From contig CM069148.1 of the NCBI GenBank assembly GCA_035221665.1, positions 49,848,001 to 49,912,000 on the forward strand: a DNA stretch of 64,000 bases. The letters are read 5' to 3'. Below, piece by piece: positions 61,515 through 64,000 of the stretch. The first letter of the stretch is position 1. Each line of letters begins with the position of its first letter. Both the position numbers and the translations under genes were made by a program. Under the pieces are notes generated by a model that saw only the letters and a program-made list of their open reading frames with translations, ran no database searches and was not told the origin of the DNA. This DNA comes from Okamejei kenojei. Lineage: Eukaryota.

Positions 61515-64000
61515 CAAGTCAAGGTGGGCAGAGGAAGGGGGGTAGCTCTGCTGGTGAGGGATGGAATTCAGTCCCTTGCGAGGGAAGACATAGGGACTGA
61601 TGAGGTAGAGTCACTGTGGATTGAGTTGAGGAATTAGGCAAGAAGACACTAATTGGTGTTATTTACAGACCCCCAAATAGTAGCCTGGATGTAGGGTATA
61701 AGTTGTAGCAGGATTTAAAACTGGCATGTAACAAAGGTAATGTCACTGTGGTTATGGGGGATTTCAATATACAGGTAGACTGGGAAAATCGGCTTGGTTC
61801 AGGACCCAAAGAAAGAGAGTTTGTAGAATGTTTTATGGGAAGGATATAGAAGAGAAATGGAGGACATTTAAAGGGTAAATTGTAAGAGTACAGAATCTTT
61901 ATGTCCCTGTTAGGTTGAAAGGAAATAGTAAAAATTGGAAAGAGCCATGGTTTTCAAGGGAAATTGGACACTTGTTTCGAAAAAAGAGAGATATCTACAA
62001 TAATTATACGAGGCATGGAGTAAATGAGGTGCTAGAGGAGTACAAAGAATGTAAAAAGAATCTTAAAGAAATTAGGAAGGCTAAAAGAAGATATGAGGTT
62101 GCTTTGGCAAGAAAGGTGAAAGTAAATCCAAAGGTTTTCTACAGCTATATTAATAGCAAAAGGATAACGAGGGATAAAATTGGACCATTAGAGAGCCAGA
62201 ATGGACAGCTATCTGCAGAGCCAAAAGAGATAGGGGAGATATTGAACAATTTATTTTCTTCGGTATTCACCAAGGAGAAGGATATTGAACTCTGTGAGGT
62301 AAGGGAAAAAAGTAGAGCAGCTATGGAAACTATGAGATTCAAAGAGGAGGAAGTACTGACGCTTTTGAAAAATATAAAAGTGCATAAGTCTCCAGGTCCT
62401 GACAGGATATTCCCTAGGACATTGAGGGAAGTTAGTGTAGAAATAGCAGGAGCTATGACAGAAATATTTCAAATGTCATTAGAAACTGGAACAGTGCCGG
62501 AGGATTGGCGTATTGCGCATGTTGTCCCATTGTTTAAAAAAGGGTTCAAAGAATAAACCTAGCAATTATAGACCTGTTAGTTTGACGTCAGTGGTGGGCA
62601 AATTAATCGAAAGGATACTTAGAGACAATATATAAGCATCTGGATAAACGGGGTCTGATCAGGAACAGTCAACATGGATTTGTGCCTGGAAGGTCATGTT
62701 TGACAAACCTTCTTGAATTTTTTGAAGCGGTTACTAGGGAAATTGATGAGGGTAAAGCAGTGGATGTTGTCTATATGGATTTCAGTAAGGCCTTTGACAA
62801 GGTTCCCCATGGAAGGTTGGTTAAGAAGGTTCAATCTTTGGGTGTTAATGGCAGAGTAGCAAGGTGGATTCAACAGTGGCTGAATGGGAGATGTCAGAGA
62901 GTAATGGTGGATGGCTGTTTGTCAGGTTGGAAGCCGGTGACCAGTGGGGTGCCTCAGGGATCTGTGTTGGGTCCACTGTTGTTTGTCATGTACATCAATG
63001 ATCTGGATGATGGGGTGGAAAATTGGATAAGTAAGTATGCAGATGATACTAAGATAGGTGGTGATGTGGATGATGAAGTAGATTTTCAAAGTCTACAGAG
63101 GGATTTGGGCCATTTGGAAAAGTGGGCTGAAAGATGGCAGATGGAGTTTAATGCTGATAAGTGTGAAGTGCTACATCTTGGCAGCACAAATCAAAATAGG
63201 ACGTACATGGTAAATGGTAGGGAATTGAGGAATGCTGTGGAACAGAGAGATCTAAGAATAACTGTGCATAGTTCCCTGAAGGTGGAATCGCATGTAGATA
63301 GGGTGGTAAAGAAAGCCTTTGGTGTGCTGGCCTTTATAAATCAGAGCATTGAATATAGGAGTAGGGAAGTAATGTTAAAATTGTACAAGGCATTGGTAAG
63401 ACCAATTCTGGAGAATGGTGTACAATTTTGGTCGCCTAATTATAGGAAGGATGTCAACAAAATAGAGAGAGTATAGAGGAGATTTACTAGAATGTTGCCT
63501 GGGTTCCAGCAACTATGTTACAGAGAAAGGTTGAACAAGTTAGGTCTTTATTCTTTGGAGCGCAGAAGGTTAAAGGGGGGGGACTTGATTGAGGTCTTTA
63601 AAATGATGAAAGGGATAGACAGAGTTGACGTGGATACGCTTTTCCCATTGCGGGTAGGGTAGATTCAAACAAGAGGGCATGACATGAGAATTAAGGGACA
63701 GAAGTTTAGGGGTAACGTGAGGGGGAACCTCTTTACTCAGGGGATGGTGGCTGTGTGGAATGAGATTCCAGCAGAAGTGGTGGAGGCAGGATCGATTTTA
63801 ACATTTAAAAGTAAAGTGGATAGGTATATGGACGGGAAGGGAATGGATAGGTATGGTCTGAGTGCAGGTAGATGGGACTAGGGGAAAACAAATGGTCAGC
63901 ACGGACTGGAAGGGCCGAGAGGGCCTGTTTCCGTGCTGTAATTGTTATATGGTTATATGTTATATGGTTATAAGACACAAACAATCTCCCATATGTACTA
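61515..64000 (+). mobile_element. Nested CR1 complex: subfamily B endonuclease part (to ~61830), subfamily A (~61831-63971), then subfamily B resuming
   Basis: GGGVALLV, YRPP and GDFN motifs, then A-type RT (YADD) and ttatatgg tail, then aagacacaaacaatctccc as at 14321. Confidence 0.9.

Overview
Repeat-dense vertebrate genomic DNA, not microbial. It is most likely from a cartilaginous fish (skate/ray/shark), inferred from V-SINE (HE1-type) SINEs paired with CR1/HER1-type LINEs and from Penelope remnants. Most of the window is nested transposon debris: three CR1-type LINE subfamilies, Penelope fragments with minimal hammerhead ribozyme motifs, L1-clade and Rex1/Babar fragments, a Tc1 element, a hAT-like element and a PIF/Harbinger-type MITE. 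Spread through it on the minus strand is the 3' part of one host gene, whose 5' end lies beyond position 64000. In transcript order it has three phase-1 Ig C1-set exons (61388-61011, 60115-59807, 56503-56171) and then eight tandem 33-47 nt microexons that the ORF track misses (54993, 44909, 44034, 33303, 32440, 21887, 21040, 16186). The microexons encode an acidic repeat of the type DYGKI(V/E)NDVNE(E/N)VD(E/K). A terminal divergent Ig exon with a stop codon follows (8437-8136), then a candidate AATAAA. No transmembrane exon was found. The microexons sit in an original ~0.85 kb unit that was inflated by TE insertions and re-duplicated as ~11.5 kb blocks. The middle of the window (~26.8-48.6 kb) is full of homopolymer indels that look like uncorrected long-read errors, so the copy number needs verification.
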